Positions 6,880 through 9,301 of a stretch of DNA of 9,301 bases are shown here, piece by piece. This DNA comes from Octopus sinensis. Its lineage: Eukaryota. The stretch lies in NCBI RefSeq assembly GCF_006345805.1, contig NW_021827894.1:1-9301 (forward strand), read 5' to 3'. The first letter of the stretch is position 1; every line of letters begins with the position of its first letter. The translations under genes were made by a program, and so were the position numbers. The notes under the pieces were generated by a model that saw nothing but the letters and a program-made list of their open reading frames with translations, was not told the origin of the DNA and searched no databases.

Positions 6880-7703
6880 TTGACTTTGACTGTGGCAGTG
6901 ACCGGTCACGGTTAGCACACTTCCTTCCAGATCGAACGAATCAAAATGAATAATGATATCAAGAAGGGTCGAAAAACTCGAAGACCCTCGATCGCAGAGG
7001 TTCGCTCTAAATTAAAAATAATGTCACGATTATTAGTAAATTTTCTGCTTCATGTTTGCTACTAGTGTTTGCTACGTGGCCTTCGTTGTTGCTCTTCTGG
7101 TTGTTTCTGTTGCATCTTTTGCTCACAAAAGTTATCTTAACTGAAGAAACAAAATTGAGATCGAAAAAAAAACAGCAAAAAAAACCCCCCAACAAAACAA
7201 AAAGTAATAAAACACCTAAGCTATATCCAGCTTCAATAATCAAAGTGATGGCATTTGGAAATGGACGCATGGAGAACCTCAAGGTATTGTGGTCACTGAT
7301 GTCAGTTGGGTCACAGTGTGTGTGGATTGTGTTTCGTTTCGTTTCGTTTTATGCTTCACATTCTTTCTTTTTGTAGTCGTTGTTGTTTATGGTTTGCGTT
7401 TTTCTTTTTTTTGTTTCGTTTCGGCGTTTTTATAGTTTGTATTTTTGGTTTCTTTTAATCACGGGCCACAAATTTCATGTCTTGTTGGTTATGGAAACAC
7501 TTCTAAACATAAAAACTGTTTGTTAAAAGAATTTGCAGAAAATTTATGGAAGATAATAATAAAACAAAGACGAGAACGAGGAGGAGGAGGAGGGGTAAAA
7601 AACAACAAAAACAGAAATCAACAAAAAACGAAACACTGTAATAACAGCGAAAACAAGGCTACAAAATCTTTACTCAGAGAGAAACAAAAATGTAAAAACA
7701 AAC

Positions 7704-7704
<1 letters not shown>

Positions 7705-7740
<36 letters not shown>
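7705..7740. repeat. (AAT)12 microsatellite
   Basis: Directly visible. Confidence 0.95.
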
Positions 7741-7790
7741 CTAGAACAATATCAAACTAACCTTAACTTTCGGCATTCTCATTAATATTA

Positions 7791-7803
7791 TCTCCCTCTC
7801 TCA

Positions 7804-7868
<65 letters not shown>

Positions 7869-7903
7869 AATAAATAAATAAATAAATAAATAAATAAAAT
7901 AAA
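7791..7903. repeat. Compound (CT)n(CA)n(AATA)n microsatellite
   Basis: CT about 7807-7844, CA about 7844-7869, AATA about 7869-7903. Confidence 0.96.
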
Positions 7904-8352
7904 TGGAGTCAAACAAACAAACGTTCACAACAAAGCCACAATCCCGAGAGTTGCTTTGACATGACCTCTGGAGTTCAGAGGAGAAATACACAAAATATTC
8001 AATAAATAACTAAATAAACATCTCATATGCTTAATAATCCCTGAACTTATTTTAATGGCTAAGCTGTTTATTTAGTTTTTGGTATTGTTGAAAATATTTG
8101 CACATGTTCCGATTGTTTTTCTTTCCAAACTTTGGTTCGTATTTATTTTTGTTTTCTTCCACATCCTACGTGTTTGTCTTCGAACAAACAGCGTAGAGTA
8201 CAAACAAAGAAACAGACTCCCACGACATATAACCCTTCAACGTAATCATACAAACGAATTAAGAGGCCAAATTAACAATGGCGCGGTTTCGATTCTAGAT
8301 TGAAGTTACATATGCCATATAATTATTTCTATTTTTTTATTTATTGCTTTCA

Positions 8353-8552
8353 GGCGGGGAACTGGCAGAATCGTTCGTTAGTTCGGTATTTCGTCCTTGT
8401 TTATATTCTGAGTTCAAATTTCATCCAAGGTCGCCATTGCCTTTCATCCTTTTGGAGTCGATAAAATAAGTGCCAGTGAAGTACTGGGGACGATGTTGTC
8501 GACTGACCCTCCCTACATCAAATTTCGGGTCTTATACCCATAATAAAAATAA
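8353..8552 (+). mobile_element. SINE family A copy with internal 5' deletion (tail type Y)
   Basis: GGCGGGGAACTGGCAGAATCGTT head, GAGTTCAAATTT B box, shared body and AAATTTCGGG tail. Confidence 0.88.
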
Positions 8553-8574
8553 TTATTTGATTTAATGTTTTCAA

Positions 8575-8775
8575 GTAGAATCGTTTACACGCCGGGAAAA
8601 ATGATTAGCTTCATTTCGTCCGTCTTTACGTTCTGAAATCAAATTCCACCGAGGTCTACCTTTCATCCTTTCGGGATCGATAAATTAAGTACCAGTGAAG
8701 TGCTGGGGACGATGTTGTCAACTGGCCCTCCCTACCACAAATTTCGGGTCATATACCTATAGTAAAAAAAATTAT
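8575..8775 (+). mobile_element. SINE family A copy (tail type Y)
   Basis: AGAATCGTTTACACGCCGGG head remnant, shared body and tail. Confidence 0.88.
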
Positions 8776-8797
8776 TTTCAATTCTTGGGTAATCTGA

Positions 8798-8859
8798 TAT
8801 CGCTGTTGGCTATTCTGACGCTGTTGGGTATTCTGGTATTCTGGTATTCTGGTATCGCT
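8798..8859. repeat. Nested short tandem repeats: 18-mer x2, then (GGTATTCT) x3.5
   Basis: CGCTGTTGG(C/G)TATTCTG at 8801 and 8819; GGTATTCT at 8827, 8835 and 8843. Confidence 0.8.
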
Positions 8860-9061
8860 CTTTAGAAACTTTCTCTTTGATAATAGAAAATTAAAACAAT
8901 ATTTACTGGTGGTGATAAATCTTTCTATCCACCCTGTACACATACATTATGCTTTTATTAGAAGTTTCATGGGGAAACATTCAGTAATCCTTCAATTTAA
9001 TACAGAATCGTTTTTATTAAAATTCAGCATAAAAACAATCATTAATAAACGTCTATATTAA

Positions 9062-9275
9062 GGTAGCGACCGGCAGAATCGTTAGTTATCCCGGGGCAAA
9101 TACTTAGCGGCACTTCGTCCGTCTGTACGTTGTGGCTTCAAATTACCTCGAGGTCGACTTTGCCTTTCATCCTTTCGGGATCGCTAAATTAAGTACCAGT
9201 CCTGTACTGGGGTCGATGAAATCGACTAGCACACTCCCACGAAATCGCTGGTGCTCTGCCGAAATGTGAAACAAA
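9062..9275 (+). mobile_element. SINE family A copy (tail type Z)
   Basis: CGGCAGAATCGTTAG head, GAGGTCGACTTTGCCTTTCATCCTTTCGGG body, and a different tail (CACGAAATCGCTGGTGCTCTGCCGAAATGTGAAAC). Confidence 0.88.
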
Positions 9276-9301
9276 CGTACGGTAATCCCTCGTCATATCG
9301 C

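Noticed and set aside
7221-7283. Peptide SDGIWKWTHGEPQ resembling a C-type lectin W-x-W motif
   Set aside because: In-frame stop immediately upstream, purine-rich sequence with no polypyrimidine tract before the AG, and no other lectin-like exon in the window.
7762-7776. MPKVK as the BUD31 N-terminus
   Set aside because: Five residues are not diagnostic and no continuing BUD31-like sequence was seen; no gene symbol assigned.
1025-9275. All family A copies lie on the plus strand
   Set aside because: Only about five independent insertions (chance about 1 in 16), and family C occurs in both orientations.

Overview
This window is AT-rich eukaryotic non-coding DNA, dense in microsatellites and tRNA-derived SINEs. 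From memory the SINE sequences resemble the abundant octopus (cephalopod) families, so the window is probably intronic or intergenic octopus DNA; that assignment is recollection, not a database result. I recognise no protein-coding gene, and the supplied ORFs are mostly translations of simple repeats. Solid features: (1) seven copies or fragments of one SINE family ('family A'), including a head-to-tail dimer bracketed by a 13-bp target-site duplication (TSD) and a tandem pair sharing private mutations; (2) a second full-length SINE ('family B') with a perfect 14-bp TSD; (3) fragments of two further interspersed repeats; (4) a 28-bp minisatellite with an 84-bp higher-order period and repeated YY1-like motifs; (5) long (TA)n, (AAT)n, (GT)n and (CT)n(CA)n(AATA)n tracts. 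Several unique CpG-richer islands carry start-codon or splice-donor signals and may be gene 5' ends, but these are speculative. I found no convincing evidence of a new biological system; the findings concern repeat architecture and candidate regulatory or first-exon signals.
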